DNA from: a virus
Length of the DNA stretch: 64,000 nucleotides
Strand: one strand, 5' to 3'
Virus record (IMG/VR): IMGVR_UViG_3300009506_000002
Span: 64,001-128,000 of that record
Shown piece after piece: positions 30,344 through 41,239 of this stretch; position 1 is the stretch's first letter; each line of letters begins with the position of its first letter. The notes beneath the pieces are model-generated. The model had not been told where the DNA came from. It made no database searches and was given only the letters and a program-made list of their open reading frames with translations. The position numbers and the translations under genes are program-made.

Positions 30344-30583
30344 GTCTTTTTCTTCATCTGCCAGCTTGTAGCCACCGATAACCTGCGCATAACTCACAGA
30401 GAGCGGGAGCGGTTTGACCCCATATCAGTCTCACCGCAGAAGTGCCCCATCCACGGATGCGAGCAACAAAAGCATCCCGATCATCGTCGGCGACCATCTC
30501 GTTGTTCGCATCCCAGATGTAGCCACATTCATACCGAAACGGTGGCTTGTAAAGGGCAAGTGCTGCCGCTCGAAGTTCGTTTG

Positions 30584-31723
30584 TCATACCAGCTCTCCTG
30601 CTTTAACCTTCCAGTCCTCGAACTTAGACTGCTTGCCGAGGTGGTTCTTCAGTTGGTCAACCACAAAGAGGAACACGTCCTCATCTGGGCGATCAAACAG
30701 ACGGAACACGATGTTGCTGAAGGCAGCAGCACGATACTCGGACAGAGCAAAGTCCTTCTTGGTAGAGAACTTGGCCTTGGTAGCCACAGCCCAGGCACCT
30801 ACTGCATCAATCAGCACATGCAGGTCACGGGCAAACTCGCCAAAGTAGACACGGTCAGACTCTTCGATGTATGGCATGATGTCATCAATCGAAGCAGTCG
30901 CGTGGCAGTCAAGAACGAGCTGCGCGGTGATGTGTGGGTGGTTGAACATCTCCTTGATCTTGTGGCGCTTGACGTACCACGGAGACTTGATCTTAACCGG
31001 GCCAGTCTCAACCAGCTCGACTACGACACCCTCATCGTTAGACATGTTCTCAACAACCTTCATGATGTCAACCAGAGTGGTAGACGGACCGAAAGCGAAG
31101 TGAGGAACAGTCTCTACGCCGTACTCGACGGCCTTGCGGAATACAGAACCCTTCTTGTGCTCGTATGCGCCAGTCTTGTTATCGCGTACAGCAATCAGAC
31201 GCAGGAATGCGCGGTCATACTGCACCACGATCTTAGACGGGATGAAGTTCGGGTCGTGGAACTCAAAGATTGGAGTCAGGCCAGCGAAGATGCACTCCGC
31301 AACAAACGCCTTCATGCCAGTGGTCTGAGTCAGTGGGTGATGCTCGAGGTAGCGCTCAAACTCCTCTGCGACACGCTTAGTGCCCCAGATGATCTTACCA
31401 TTGCACAGGAATGGTGCAACCATTGCGCCGTCGAGCTTAGTGGTCACAGACACGATGCCCTCGTTGACGAGGTCGCCAATCTGGGTGTGCTCCTTCTCGT
31501 TGACGTTGAAGAACTTGTGCAGCGGACGACGGATGACCTTGCCAGTTACGTTGTCGAAGATGATACCACGGCACTCGAGCGCCTCTGGTGAATCAAACGT
31601 ATCTGGGAAGGCAACGTTGTAGGCTACGACAGTGTAACCATCGCGCACGTTGACGCCGATCTCATCCTTGTGAGCGACAGCAGCCAGAAACTCGTCTTTG
31701 TTAGTGATGTATGGCAGAATCAT
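30584..31723 (-). CDS. rnlA: RNA ligase 1 (RnlA-like)
   Basis: ECRGIIF, PLHKFFN..E, KLDG, TPIFE, EGVV, KIKS.WY. Confidence 0.9.
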   Translation of the reverse strand: MILPYITNKDEFLAAVAHKDEIGVNVRDGYTVVAYNVAFPDTFDSPEALECRGIIFDNVTGKVIRRPLHKFFNVNEKEHTQIGDLVNEGIVSVTTKLDGAMVAPFLCNGKIIWGTKRVAEEFERYLEHHPLTQTTGMKAFVAECIFAGLTPIFEFHDPNFIPSKIVVQYDRAFLRLIAVRDNKTGAYEHKKGSVFRKAVEYGVETVPHFAFGPSTTLVDIMKVVENMSNDEGVVVELVETGPVKIKSPWYVKRHKIKEMFNHPHITAQLVLDCHATASIDDIMPYIEESDRVYFGEFARDLHVLIDAVGAWAVATKAKFSTKKDFALSEYRAAAFSNIVFRLFDRPDEDVFLFVVDQLKNHLGKQSKFEDWKVKAGELV

Positions 31724-31863
31724 TTAGAAGCCTCCGGGCACAGAACCAGAATAATACCGAACAGAAGCGCGCCACCGTAGAGGATACCTACTACAGCAAA
31801 CGTGGAAAGCTTCTTTTTATCTTTGTTGTTTTGCATCAAAAACTCCTTTCACTCAATAACGCG

Positions 31864-31892
31864 ATTCTACACTAAAACGGTGCCGTTGTCAA
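31864..31892 (-). promoter_or_regulatory. early promoter
   Basis: TTGACA-17-TAGAAT; the -35 supplies the upstream stop. Confidence 0.8.
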
Positions 31893-32365
31893 GCACTTTC
31901 TGGCGCGTCGAGGTTCCAAGGATATTTGACGATCTCGTCGGTGATGACGTTGTGGAAATAGTCAGGAATGAAATCTGACTTGGCTCGCAGGTCAATGGTT
32001 GCGGTGTATGTTTTGACGCCGTGGCCTTCAAGTGCTTTGACCAGTTGGCAGAGTGTATTGCCAGTGTCTGAGATGTCGTCGATGATCAACATGCACAGGT
32101 CTTCTGGGTTTGGTGCTTTGTCACAGTCAGGCGCGTGGATGTGGAGCTCTTTGGTTGGCATCATCCCACGACCTGCAGGAGAGGAGTAGAACGTGATTGT
32201 CAGTGGGAGGTCGAAGTAGTAGGCGACCATCGTAGCGGGAACAAGGCCACCACGCGCCACACCCAGGACATGAGTGATGCCAGAGTAACGGAAGCGGTTA
32301 AAGACGTTCCGCGTGAACTTGTCAATATCTTCGTGGGTACGGGATAGGATCGTTCTGCTCGTCAT
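31889..32365 (-). CDS. type I phosphoribosyltransferase
   Basis: GVARGGLVPA; PRPP-binding LIIDDISDTGNTL; YPW. Confidence 0.85.
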   Translation of the reverse strand: MTSRTILSRTHEDIDKFTRNVFNRFRYSGITHVLGVARGGLVPATMVAYYFDLPLTITFYSSPAGRGMMPTKELHIHAPDCDKAPNPEDLCMLIIDDISDTGNTLCQLVKALEGHGVKTYTATIDLRAKSDFIPDYFHNVITDEIVKYPWNLDAPESA

Positions 32366-32821
32366 GTTTTCTCCACCATTCATTTATCAGCTCCGCACGT
32401 TCGGGCGTGCAGAAGTAGTCATCAAGGCATCCGCCATCTTCACAGACGGGGCAAACTGGCACATCGAAGTAGCCTGTCTCCCAGTCTCCGTCTTGCTCCA
32501 TAGGGCAGTCAGCAATCAGGAACTCACCGCCACAGTCAGAGCAGCGCGCCATGTCACATGAAGGTAGACGCTTTGATTCCTGAATCTGATCGAAGATCTT
32601 CATCAGATCAGGATGACCTGATTCAGTCAACGGCATATCATCCGACATCAGGAACTTCCCAAAGTGAAAGCAGGCGCAGACCTTCTTTGAAGTCAACCTT
32701 GGGTTGTGTCAGTGTCTCCCATTGCTAACGACGCTCTTCAGCACATGAAGGAGGGCAGCAAAGGTGACCACAATAAGGGCATGATTTTGGCATAGGTATA
32801 ATAAACTCCTTCTGAGTGCTA

Positions 32822-32850
32822 AGTCTACTTGCCTTTCTTGGTCTTGTCAA
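32822..32850 (-). promoter_or_regulatory. early promoter inside a gene end
   Basis: TTGACA-17-TAGACT; the -10 supplies the TAG stop of 32825..33286. Confidence 0.7.
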
Positions 32851-33286
32851 GTTTTTTCTGGGCGCGCTTCTGCGCATTGCGGCGCTGCGTCCTACTTGAC
32901 TGATCGAGTCGAGCTTGCAGATTGACGAGTTGCTTCTGGAGATCCTGCACATACTCCCAGACTGTTTGACCAGTGTTTGGGATGACTTGCTCGGCTCTGT
33001 CATCAAAGCAGGTGACCATCTGGTAGTCTTTGCAGCAGACGACCTTTGGTCTGCCTATCCCGTGGCTTTCACACCAATCCTGGATGGCTTTGGTTGCTGC
33101 ATCTTTCTGCTCTGGCACAGATACGCGCGCAGTAAAGATGCGGATTTCATATCCTTGTTCGATGATAGACTTGGCCTTGTTAATCATGGCATCAACGGGT
33201 TCACCGATGTGGTCAGGTGATACCCAACCATCATATCGGGCAAGCGTGCCGTCAAGGTCAAATCCGTACCAGGGTGTTCTAGTCAC
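32825..33286 (-). CDS. HAD-family phosphatase (polynucleotide 3'-phosphatase-like)
   Basis: DLDGTLA, IFTAR, K, FDDRA. Confidence 0.82.
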   Translation of the reverse strand: MTRTPWYGFDLDGTLARYDGWVSPDHIGEPVDAMINKAKSIIEQGYEIRIFTARVSVPEQKDAATKAIQDWCESHGIGRPKVVCCKDYQMVTCFDDRAEQVIPNTGQTVWEYVQDLQKQLVNLQARLDQSSRTQRRNAQKRAQKKLDKTKKGK

Positions 33287-34255
33287 GGTTATCTTCCCTC
33301 TCGAGAATTCTTTTTATTTCCTCAAAGGTCAACTCGTCCCACGTTACGTGAAACCGATTGTCCTCGCACTTCACGCGCGCGCATGAGACCAAGGATGAAG
33401 GTGCATTTTGATTTGTCGATGTAAGGCACTTCGGCACGACCGCCGTTGCCATACTCAAGAATCAGTGGATTTGGTGTTATCATGTGGATTGAATCGTCCC
33501 GTCATCCAAGTCTCATCCATGTGTCCGTTGTCAATGTTGCGCTTGCGCTGATGACGGATAGACATTTTCAGGTTGAAATTCGGATACCAGATTTTGTGAA
33601 AGATATCGAAGGTGCCGAGCGGTACTTTGCTTAGGTCAAATTTACTCACCCCAGAGCTCCCATTCAATTTCAGCAACGGTGACCCGTGATCAAACGCAAT
33701 ATCTGCAAGCGTCTGATCAGCGGCAGCAGCAATCTTTGCATCCAGAGATTTCATGATCAGCCGGGAGGACACCGTATGCAAGCTGCCCGAAGCGGTGGTC
33801 GTCATCCATGTCGGCCTTCTTTAGGGTCTCCGAGCCATCAATGCAGCGCACGCGCACATCGTCAGCAAGGAACGGGAACAGCCACAACGGAATGAGGCGC
33901 ATCGGGTCATCTTCTGACCAACGACCAAAGCGCAGTGTATCCATCTGCTCGCTGGTCAATTCAGAAGGCTGAATCTGGTAGTAGTCAGGAGAGTTCTTCT
34001 TCTGCTTCTCTACAAACGCCGTCATCTGCTCAAAGCAGAATTCGGGACTCCATGATCCCTTGCCACCATACACGATGACCTCAGCCGCACGGTTCATGAT
34101 AAACTGGCGGATGTTCATACATTTTTCAAAGGTTGAGTTTGATTCACTCATTATCTACTCCTAATATTCGATCTTGCCGCGCATGATGGCAACCAGACGT
34201 GATAGCTCCTGCATTGATGCACAGAATCTGTCCCATAATTCACAGATGAGTTCTG

Positions 34256-35587
34256 TCATGAGTGAGTAAACTTCTCAATGATTTCGAGGATTGTTTCAGC
34301 TTCATCCTTATCCTCACGGATCTCTACGAAACGTGGTAGGAACAAAGCCTTGGTCTTGCGTCCTTCTGCATCGATCACGTCATTCGCTTTGACTGTCACC
34401 ACTTTGCCAATGATGTCGTCGCCCCAGAATTCGACGCGCTGCTTGTCGGAGAGACCGGAGCCCACGTTGACCCTCAACAGTCCATCGCTCGATTCGCAGA
34501 CCAAGGCTCCCAGTTTTCCCTGGTTCTTACCAGATCCTTCTTCGCGGTCTACAACGAGCAGCTCGACTTCGTTTTCGACCTTCATCTTGACCTGCTGCTT
34601 GCTGCGAGCATTCTCCCAAGGTGACTTGAGGTTCTTGATGACAGCGCCTTCCTTGCCCTGCTTGAGCATACCGGTGTAGAAGCGAGCAGCCTCTTTGTAG
34701 CCAGAGACGCGCTCGGTTTCAGGCCAGCCGATCATCTCACGAGTGCCAGTATCACGGATGCGTTCCTGCAGGTAGTCGAATCTCTCGACGTATGGTGTTG
34801 CGTAGAAGCCTGTCTTCCATGCTGACACCGGGATGATGTCCCATGCAATGACGCGCACACGACTCGCCTCTTCTGGCGAGATGGTGCCTTTGTTGGCCTT
34901 GTTCAGAATGCCATTTCCTGCTTTGCGCGGAAGGATCTTGCCCGCTTTGTCAACAACGAGCAGCTCGCCATCGATGACGACTTCCTGACCACCTGCAATG
35001 GCAAACAGTTCCTTCTCAAGCGCTCCGAGCAGCTCGAGTGGCTTGCCATTACGTGAGAACACGTCGATGCGCTTCTTGCGCACAACGAAGTTTACTCGCA
35101 TGCCGTCACACTTCTCCTGAATGATGGCAGGATAGTTGATGGCCTGGAGGTTCTTCTCAGAGTAGGACTGGCAAAGCATGACAAGGAACTCCGGAAGGAA
35201 GTCGTCGCCCCATGCTTTGTTACAGGTTGAAGCGGCTACGCCACAACGCATGTCCTTAAGGACAACGCGCTTGAGGGTTTCGCGCTCTTCAGGCAGAAGC
35301 CCTTCAAGCAAACGCTGAAGGTGTGCCTGCGCCGCGTTGCCAGTGACAACACGCTCGGACAGCTTTGACAGCTCTTTGAGGGCGGTGTTGAAAGTAATGG
35401 TGCCCTTCGCATTCTTTGCGATCTCAGGTACCTTTTTGGTATAGAACTGGAGCTGGTTGTCCAGTGCCATCTTGAAAACAAGCTGGAGCAGTGTGTTGCG
35501 TCCCTCTCGCTGCAGAATGGCTACTTTGTCATTCTTGCTGGAGGTTGCTGCCAGCTCGTCGATAATTTCATGTACGTTGCGTTTCAT
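34256..35587 (-). CDS. ATP-dependent DNA ligase gp30
   Basis: EKCDGMR, IDGEL, EGAVIK, W...RS....K.K, VGSG, FLPRF...R.DK. Confidence 0.95.
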   Translation of the reverse strand: MKRNVHEIIDELAATSSKNDKVAILQREGRNTLLQLVFKMALDNQLQFYTKKVPEIAKNAKGTITFNTALKELSKLSERVVTGNAAQAHLQRLLEGLLPEERETLKRVVLKDMRCGVAASTCNKAWGDDFLPEFLVMLCQSYSEKNLQAINYPAIIQEKCDGMRVNFVVRKKRIDVFSRNGKPLELLGALEKELFAIAGGQEVVIDGELLVVDKAGKILPRKAGNGILNKANKGTISPEEASRVRVIAWDIIPVSAWKTGFYATPYVERFDYLQERIRDTGTREMIGWPETERVSGYKEAARFYTGMLKQGKEGAVIKNLKSPWENARSKQQVKMKVENEVELLVVDREEGSGKNQGKLGALVCESSDGLLRVNVGSGLSDKQRVEFWGDDIIGKVVTVKANDVIDAEGRKTKALFLPRFVEIREDKDEAETILEIIEKFTHS

Positions 35588-35606
35588 ATATCTCCTCTGT
35601 GACGCA

Positions 35607-35635
35607 AGTCTAACTTATTTTTGGCCGTTTGTCAA
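35607..35635 (-). promoter_or_regulatory. early promoter for DNA ligase
   Basis: TTGACA-17-TAGACT. Confidence 0.75.
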
Positions 35636-35639
35636 GAGC

Positions 35640-36497
35640 CTAGAATTCGTGAAGGTACTCTGACAGATGACGCAGCCGGTGCTTCATGAAATAGGCCATG
35701 ATCTTGGCACGCGGAGCAACTTCTGCCTCGTCAAACTCGGTGGCGATAGCCTGCTTGATCTCTGACGGAGTACAGGTAAGGTCAACGAGTTGCTTGTTGA
35801 GGTTGTAGCGCTCAATGGTGCATCCTGCATCCTTGCAGATGTCCTCTGGCTTCATGCCAAGCCAACGCTCGAGCTTCTTCGATAATACGCTCTTCTGCTT
35901 CTTGTCAGCCACCATGAAGGTGTCCTCGTCAGACAGAATGTTTGGCACGCCATCGCCAGCATCTCCTCTGATTGTGTGCTCTTTCAGGTAAAGCATTGGG
36001 TCAGCACATTTCAGAAGCTTCTTGGTTTTTGGTGAGAACTGCATGACGCCGGGATAGCGCTGCAATTGCTGAAAGTCTTTGTCCGCGCTGACGATCATGA
36101 TCGGCTCGTGTGCAGCGTACTTGGCAGCAAGGAATCCGATAACGTCATCAGCTTCCGCGCCCTTGACTTCAATCACCTTGTAAGGGAAGTTCTCGCGCAG
36201 ATCGTCCTTGATCTGGTTGATCCATCCGTAGATCATATCCCAATCGAGCGCTGACTTTTCACGTCCCTCTTTGCGCTTGCCCTTGTAGTGTTTGAAGATG
36301 TTCTTGCGCCAGTAACCGCGACCGTCACAGCAGAGAACCACCTCACCATATTCGTCCTTGAACTTGGTGCGGTAGCCACGGATTGAATTGAGAACCATGT
36401 GGCGGAAGAAGTCCTCTGTGAACTCTCCTCGGCGCATGTGGTTTACATCTGCGTGGATGTTTGAGATTACGATCTGTGAAAAGTCAATTAGAATCAA
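35640..36497 (-). CDS. rnh: T4-type RNase H (5'-3' flap exonuclease)
   Basis: LIDFSQ, YWR...F..YK..R, EADD.I, S.DKDF.QL, GD..DG.PN. Confidence 0.95.
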   Translation of the reverse strand: MILIDFSQIVISNIHADVNHMRRGEFTEDFFRHMVLNSIRGYRTKFKDEYGEVVLCCDGRGYWRKNIFKHYKGKRKEGREKSALDWDMIYGWINQIKDDLRENFPYKVIEVKGAEADDVIGFLAAKYAAHEPIMIVSADKDFQQLQRYPGVMQFSPKTKKLLKCADPMLYLKEHTIRGDAGDGVPNILSDEDTFMVADKKQKSVLSKKLERWLGMKPEDICKDAGCTIERYNLNKQLVDLTCTPSEIKQAIATEFDEAEVAPRAKIMAYFMKHRLRHLSEYLHEF

Positions 36498-37082
36498 ATT
36501 CTTGCTCCTTCAATTTCAGGCATGCCGGCATCCGTTGCCATTTCGTGGGTGACGAAGTTGAATTGCTCTTCTTCGCAGAGTTGATCATTCAGCATTTCCT
36601 GCCTCATGACTTCATCGAGCTCTTCAGGAGTCATGACTTTTATCTCGCCAGCTTTGACCAGCTCCACAAAGTCGTTCCATGTGATATACTTATCGTTGTG
36701 GTAGGTCATCAGGTTCTTGACCCAAGGCGCTACGTCCTCACCGCACGTTTCATAGGTGAAGATGAACATACCGAGATCATCAGCACCAACGCGCAGGCAG
36801 GTTTCACAGTAGGCGAAGCTGATAGCGCCCAGAATGCTTGACGCTACTCCGAGTGCTTTGTTCTTCTTGCATACTTGGCAGGTTAGTTCTTCACTCATGC
36901 GATGTACGGCCCTCCGGTTTTTCTTGTTTTGAAGAAGTGGTCTCTAAGTGCTTCCACATTTTTCAGAATTTGCTTTGCCAACAGTTCTGCCGCATCAGGA
37001 TCGAGCGTGGCGGTGATAGACGCAATACCAGATTGTGCTCGTACGAATATCTGTTCCTTTTCGAGGTCGATGCCTGATTCAA

Positions 37083-37574
37083 TCATACTTCCACCTGTAC
37101 GTGATCAGCTTCCCACGGATAGACAACCCATGGGTCATCTTTGGTGAGGTGAACAGCATAAAAGTCGGGCTCGTAGCTTGATCCGTTACGATAATGGAGA
37201 GCAGCAGTGTAGACGCTTTCTACTTGGTGCGTGAGGTGCCCTACAGCAGCCCTGAGCGTGCTTCCAGTGTCGGAAATGTCATCAACTATCAAAACGCGCG
37301 AATTGATGTCTATGCTCGAATGCTTGTCATCAATCCAATTCATGTAGGATTCATGATGCCCGTATGCGATGTCTCTCGCGCTTGGTGTGCGCACTTGCGC
37401 CACTGCCAACGGGAGATGCAGGAAGTGAGAAATGTAGACAGCAGGAACAAGCCCGCCGCGTGAAATACCCATGATATGGGTGAATGGGATATTTGAGTCA
37501 TCAATCTGCTTGAGGAGATTCTCCATCTCCACAGAGTTGATTTCAACTTTCGGGCCGCCTTCAAACGTCGTCAT
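37083..37574 (-). CDS. second type I phosphoribosyltransferase
   Basis: GISRGGLVPA, VLIVDDISDTGSTL, WVVYPWE. Confidence 0.88.
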   Translation of the reverse strand: MTTFEGGPKVEINSVEMENLLKQIDDSNIPFTHIMGISRGGLVPAVYISHFLHLPLAVAQVRTPSARDIAYGHHESYMNWIDDKHSSIDINSRVLIVDDISDTGSTLRAAVGHLTHQVESVYTAALHYRNGSSYEPDFYAVHLTKDDPWVVYPWEADHVQVEV

Positions 37575-37983
37575 GTTTATACTCCTGAATCTTCCAGAGG
37601 AACGTATTTGATGCCATAGTTCTGGCCTTTCTTCACAAAGGTAAAGTGGCCTTTCAGCATAAGAGGACCTTGGCTGGTAACTGCAGACTCACCGAGGTAG
37701 TTCTGCAGGATGCCTGTCATATCCGACATGAACATCTGTACCTGTGCGTTGAACTTGTTTGAATGGAAATAGAACACAGCAGATGAGCGACCGCGACCAT
37801 AGCCCTTGAATGTCAGCACATCTGAGAACACGGTGTTCTTGAAGATGACAACTTCACGCTCTCTGGGCGCGCTCCACCAGTAGGTATTCCAGTAGTCTTG
37901 GAACTGGCCGTCAAGGAAAACCACGTTGCCAATGCCGCCCTTCCAGGTCATATCAATGGCTTTGATTTGTTCAGGCGTCATTT

Positions 37984-39294
37984 TCATAGATCAGCGAGTT
38001 CCTCTGTATATTGTTTTCTGTGGTTGATATTCTGCCACATTTCGATCGCCTTGTCAAGCTCGTAGATTTCAGCCTTCAGCTTGGCAGAATACTCCTGCGT
38101 GACGTTGTAGATCGGCATCTCGAGCAATGAGTTCTGATGCTCACGGCTGAACTTCAAACGACGCATGTCTGCCTGAATGTCAGCCTTGTTCTTGCGTCCT
38201 TGCAAGTCAAGCTCGCCATCAAGAACAGCCTCAACGAAGCGGCGCTTCTCTGACAGGTTGTGCATCTTGTCCTTGTCACGCTTTGTCCATGACTTGTAGC
38301 GGACATTGTACATGCTCAGACGATAGTCACAGAACTGCGCAATCAGGTCGCCTACGTTGTCAAACGTCTTCAGCTTTCCTGTCTCGTCAATCAGTGTGAG
38401 GTTCTCGGTACGGCGTTTGACCAGCTTCAACTTCTTCAGCAGTTCTGCCTCATCGCTATCTTTCAGCTTGCGCGGCAGTGTGACTTCGAAGTGGAAGCCA
38501 TCCTTTGAGCATTTGTCGATGTAGTTGACCAGCGTACCCGCATCTACCATCTTGTCCAGCTCTTTGATGTAGCCTGCGCGGTCATAGCCAATTGGCAGCT
38601 CTACAATGCTGGCCTTAGTCGGGCTCTTGCGCGTGACTTTGCCATAGATGACCCAGCTATCTCCATCAGCCACAACCTTGCCCTTGAAGTCAGGGAACGT
38701 AGGCTTGATTGACTTAGGTTTCTTGCCAGATACCAGATAGCGGCAGCAGTGATCAGCCACATCTGATGGGTCACGCGGCAGAATGTCAGTTGCAAAGCCT
38801 GTCGCAATGCCCTTTGCACCGTTGACCAGTACCCACGGAATGAGCGGCAGATAGAACAGCGGCTCAGGGTTCTCTGGGTCTGGGTGTGACGGTAGGATGT
38901 CCTGATCAGGGAAGAACTTCTCAAAGTTCTTGCTCAGGGAGATGTCCGTGTATCGTGGTGATGCAGCAGACGTGACCATGCGGGTACCGAAAGTACCGTC
39001 ACCCTCGAGCAATGGGATGTTATTGTCAAACGTGCGCGCGAGGCGGATGATCGTGTCGACCATCGAGCTATCGCCGTGGTGATACTTGGCAATCGGGAAG
39101 GTGTAACCCATCAGCGCCAGCGTCTTGATGAACTTGTTCTTGGCTTCCTTCGTAGCAGTGAAGATGGCCTTACGCTGGCCTGGCTTCAATCCGTCAATCA
39201 GTGAAGGGATGGCTCGATTGTAGATTGTGTAGAGCGCATAGTCGCGTAGGTCGGTGTTAGTATGTTGGGAAACTGTGATTGTTCCTTTTTTCAC
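37984..39294 (-). CDS. DNA topoisomerase II medium subunit gp52
   Basis: RAIP..IDGLKP.QRK, YHHGD.S, AASPRY catalytic Tyr, LVNG..GIATGF. Confidence 0.95.
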   Translation of the reverse strand: MKKGTITVSQHTNTDLRDYALYTIYNRAIPSLIDGLKPGQRKAIFTATKEAKNKFIKTLALMGYTFPIAKYHHGDSSMVDTIIRLARTFDNNIPLLEGDGTFGTRMVTSAASPRYTDISLSKNFEKFFPDQDILPSHPDPENPEPLFYLPLIPWVLVNGAKGIATGFATDILPRDPSDVADHCCRYLVSGKKPKSIKPTFPDFKGKVVADGDSWVIYGKVTRKSPTKASIVELPIGYDRAGYIKELDKMVDAGTLVNYIDKCSKDGFHFEVTLPRKLKDSDEAELLKKLKLVKRRTENLTLIDETGKLKTFDNVGDLIAQFCDYRLSMYNVRYKSWTKRDKDKMHNLSEKRRFVEAVLDGELDLQGRKNKADIQADMRRLKFSREHQNSLLEMPIYNVTQEYSAKLKAEIYELDKAIEMWQNINHRKQYTEELADL

Positions 39295-39404
39295 TTAATC
39301 TCCTATTGCAGATGTCAGCGCAAGGCTAACACAGATACAGATAATTGTCAAGATAATGTAGAATCGAGTCTGTGCGCGCCTGCGCACGCGATCAAGAAAC
39401 ATAC

Positions 39405-41237
39405 TCATGACAGCCACTTCTTACGCTTTGAGACATCGTCACCAAAGGCCATCTCGAGTGCTGCCTGACCATGATCATCCATAATAACCGTGTCGATAAC
39501 AGGGTCATTGATCATCTGGTCGTAGACGTCATCTTTCAGTGAGCCGAGACCCTTGGCATACGTGAAGCGCCAAGAAGAATATTGGTCAGAGACCTTGTTC
39601 CACTCCTCAAGTGAGTAGAAGCCCTTAACGTCCTTGCCCTTGCGTACCACGATGATCGGGCTGCGCAAGATTTCAATACGCTTCTCCTCGAACAACTCAG
39701 GCCACATTGAGAACAGGTTCAGCAGTAGACCCTGAATGTTCGCGCCGTCAGTATCCGCGTCGGTGGTGATACGGATTTTGCCGTAGTTGAGGTTTTTGGC
39801 TGGCTTGCCAAACTCAAGGCCAACAATCGCCATGATGTCAGATACGATGACGTTGTTCGCAACCTTACTTAGCTCGTCCTTGTTTCTCCAGTTGAGGGGC
39901 TTACCAGTGAGCGGATAGGCACCGTGGAAGTTGTTGTCACGGACATTGATGAAGTTATTGATCGCTGAATCTCCCTCCATCAGATGCAGGATGCACTTGT
40001 CACGCGCGCGGCTATTGGCCTTGATCTCGTCAGCAACCTTCTTGTTCTTGTTCGCTTTCTGTGCAGCGCGAACCTTCGCCAATTCAGCCTGTCGCTGCTT
40101 GGCTTCAACCCAGTCGACCACTGACTGCACGACCCCACTCTTCAGAACGCCAGCAACCATCTTGTCGCTGACTGTGAAGCAGGTACCGTAGTCACGGACT
40201 TCTGTGATCAGGTTGTCCTTGGTCTGTGAGTCATAACGCGGGTTCATGATTCGCGCATTGATGAAGAGCATCATGTGACTACGGATGACCGCTGGCTTCA
40301 CGTCGATCTTGTTCTTCTTCTTGATGTGCGCCCTGATCTTGTCAATAAGCTGCCACGCGATGTAGTCGATGTGTGAACCACCAACCGATGTCTGATTACT
40401 GTTCACGAAGGATACGTGCTGGAAGCCGTCATCTGATGCAGCAACAGCAATCTTCCAGTCCTCATTTTCATCGTACACGAACTCCTCGCAGTACATTTCG
40501 ATGTACCTCTTGAAGTTGGCAAAGCGGACACGGCATCCGTTCAGGTAGATTTTCAGGTGAGGGTTACATGCTGCCACGTCGGTGACGCGCTTTGTCAGCA
40601 TCTCGATATCACCTGGAGTAAACTTAGTACGACCGAAACGCTTGTAGTCAGGCAACCAAGATACCTCGGTGAAGTTCTGGTGTGACTTTTTGGTCTTGCC
40701 GCCAGAGGTCTCGCCCATATTGTCAGACCATGTCTGTGTGAACTGCATCTTGCCGTCAGCCGTGGTGACTGTGAACTCCTTAGAGAAGATGTTCGTCAGT
40801 GATGCACCCTCACCGTTCTGTCCGGTGAGGTCATTGGTATCCTCGTCGTCGAAGTTCGACCCAGCCTTCAGCTCTGAGAAGATCATCTCAGGAATCCATT
40901 GCTGGTGCTCTTTGTGAACAGCAACCGGGATGCCGCCATTGTCGAACACGGTGATCTGTCCTGTTTGGTGATCAAAGTTGACCTTGATTGTATCCAGATG
41001 CTGTCCCTCAGGACGTTTGGAATGGTCAACAGAGTTGTCGAGAATCTCCTCAAACATCTTGAGTAGTGCAGGGTTCCAGGTTACTTCCTTTTTGACCATC
41101 TGCATCTTGTGATCATGTACGATACACCAGGTGATTGCAGTGTGGTCAACAATGGAACCAAGGTAGCGTCCAGGGCGCTTAAGGACGTGCTCGACGTCCG
41201 AAAGCTTCTGATACTTTTCCTCAAGTGCAACTGTCAT
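39405..41237 (-). CDS. DNA topoisomerase II large subunit (gp39+gp60 fused)
   Basis: EHVL.RP..Y.GS, DNG.GIP-like, GSNF, G.NG.GA, EGDSA, D.D.DG, KGLGS. Confidence 0.95.
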   Translation of the reverse strand: MTVALEEKYQKLSDVEHVLKRPGRYLGSIVDHTAITWCIVHDHKMQMVKKEVTWNPALLKMFEEILDNSVDHSKRPEGQHLDTIKVNFDHQTGQITVFDNGGIPVAVHKEHQQWIPEMIFSELKAGSNFDDEDTNDLTGQNGEGASLTNIFSKEFTVTTADGKMQFTQTWSDNMGETSGGKTKKSHQNFTEVSWLPDYKRFGRTKFTPGDIEMLTKRVTDVAACNPHLKIYLNGCRVRFANFKRYIEMYCEEFVYDENEDWKIAVAASDDGFQHVSFVNSNQTSVGGSHIDYIAWQLIDKIRAHIKKKNKIDVKPAVIRSHMMLFINARIMNPRYDSQTKDNLITEVRDYGTCFTVSDKMVAGVLKSGVVQSVVDWVEAKQRQAELAKVRAAQKANKNKKVADEIKANSRARDKCILHLMEGDSAINNFINVRDNNFHGAYPLTGKPLNWRNKDELSKVANNVIVSDIMAIVGLEFGKPAKNLNYGKIRITTDADTDGANIQGLLLNLFSMWPELFEEKRIEILRSPIIVVRKGKDVKGFYSLEEWNKVSDQYSSWRFTYAKGLGSLKDDVYDQMINDPVIDTVIMDDHGQAALEMAFGDDVSKRKKWLS

Positions 41238-41239
41238 GC

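Noticed and set aside
30542-31591. Long plus-strand ORFs (349 aa here; also 24145-24771, 28898-29500, 45293-45895)
   Set aside because: Antisense shadows of well-supported minus-strand genes, with no motifs or SD.
39405-41237. Gene 60-type ribosomal bypass or split topoisomerase
   Set aside because: The ATPase and TOPRIM motifs are in one uninterrupted ORF.
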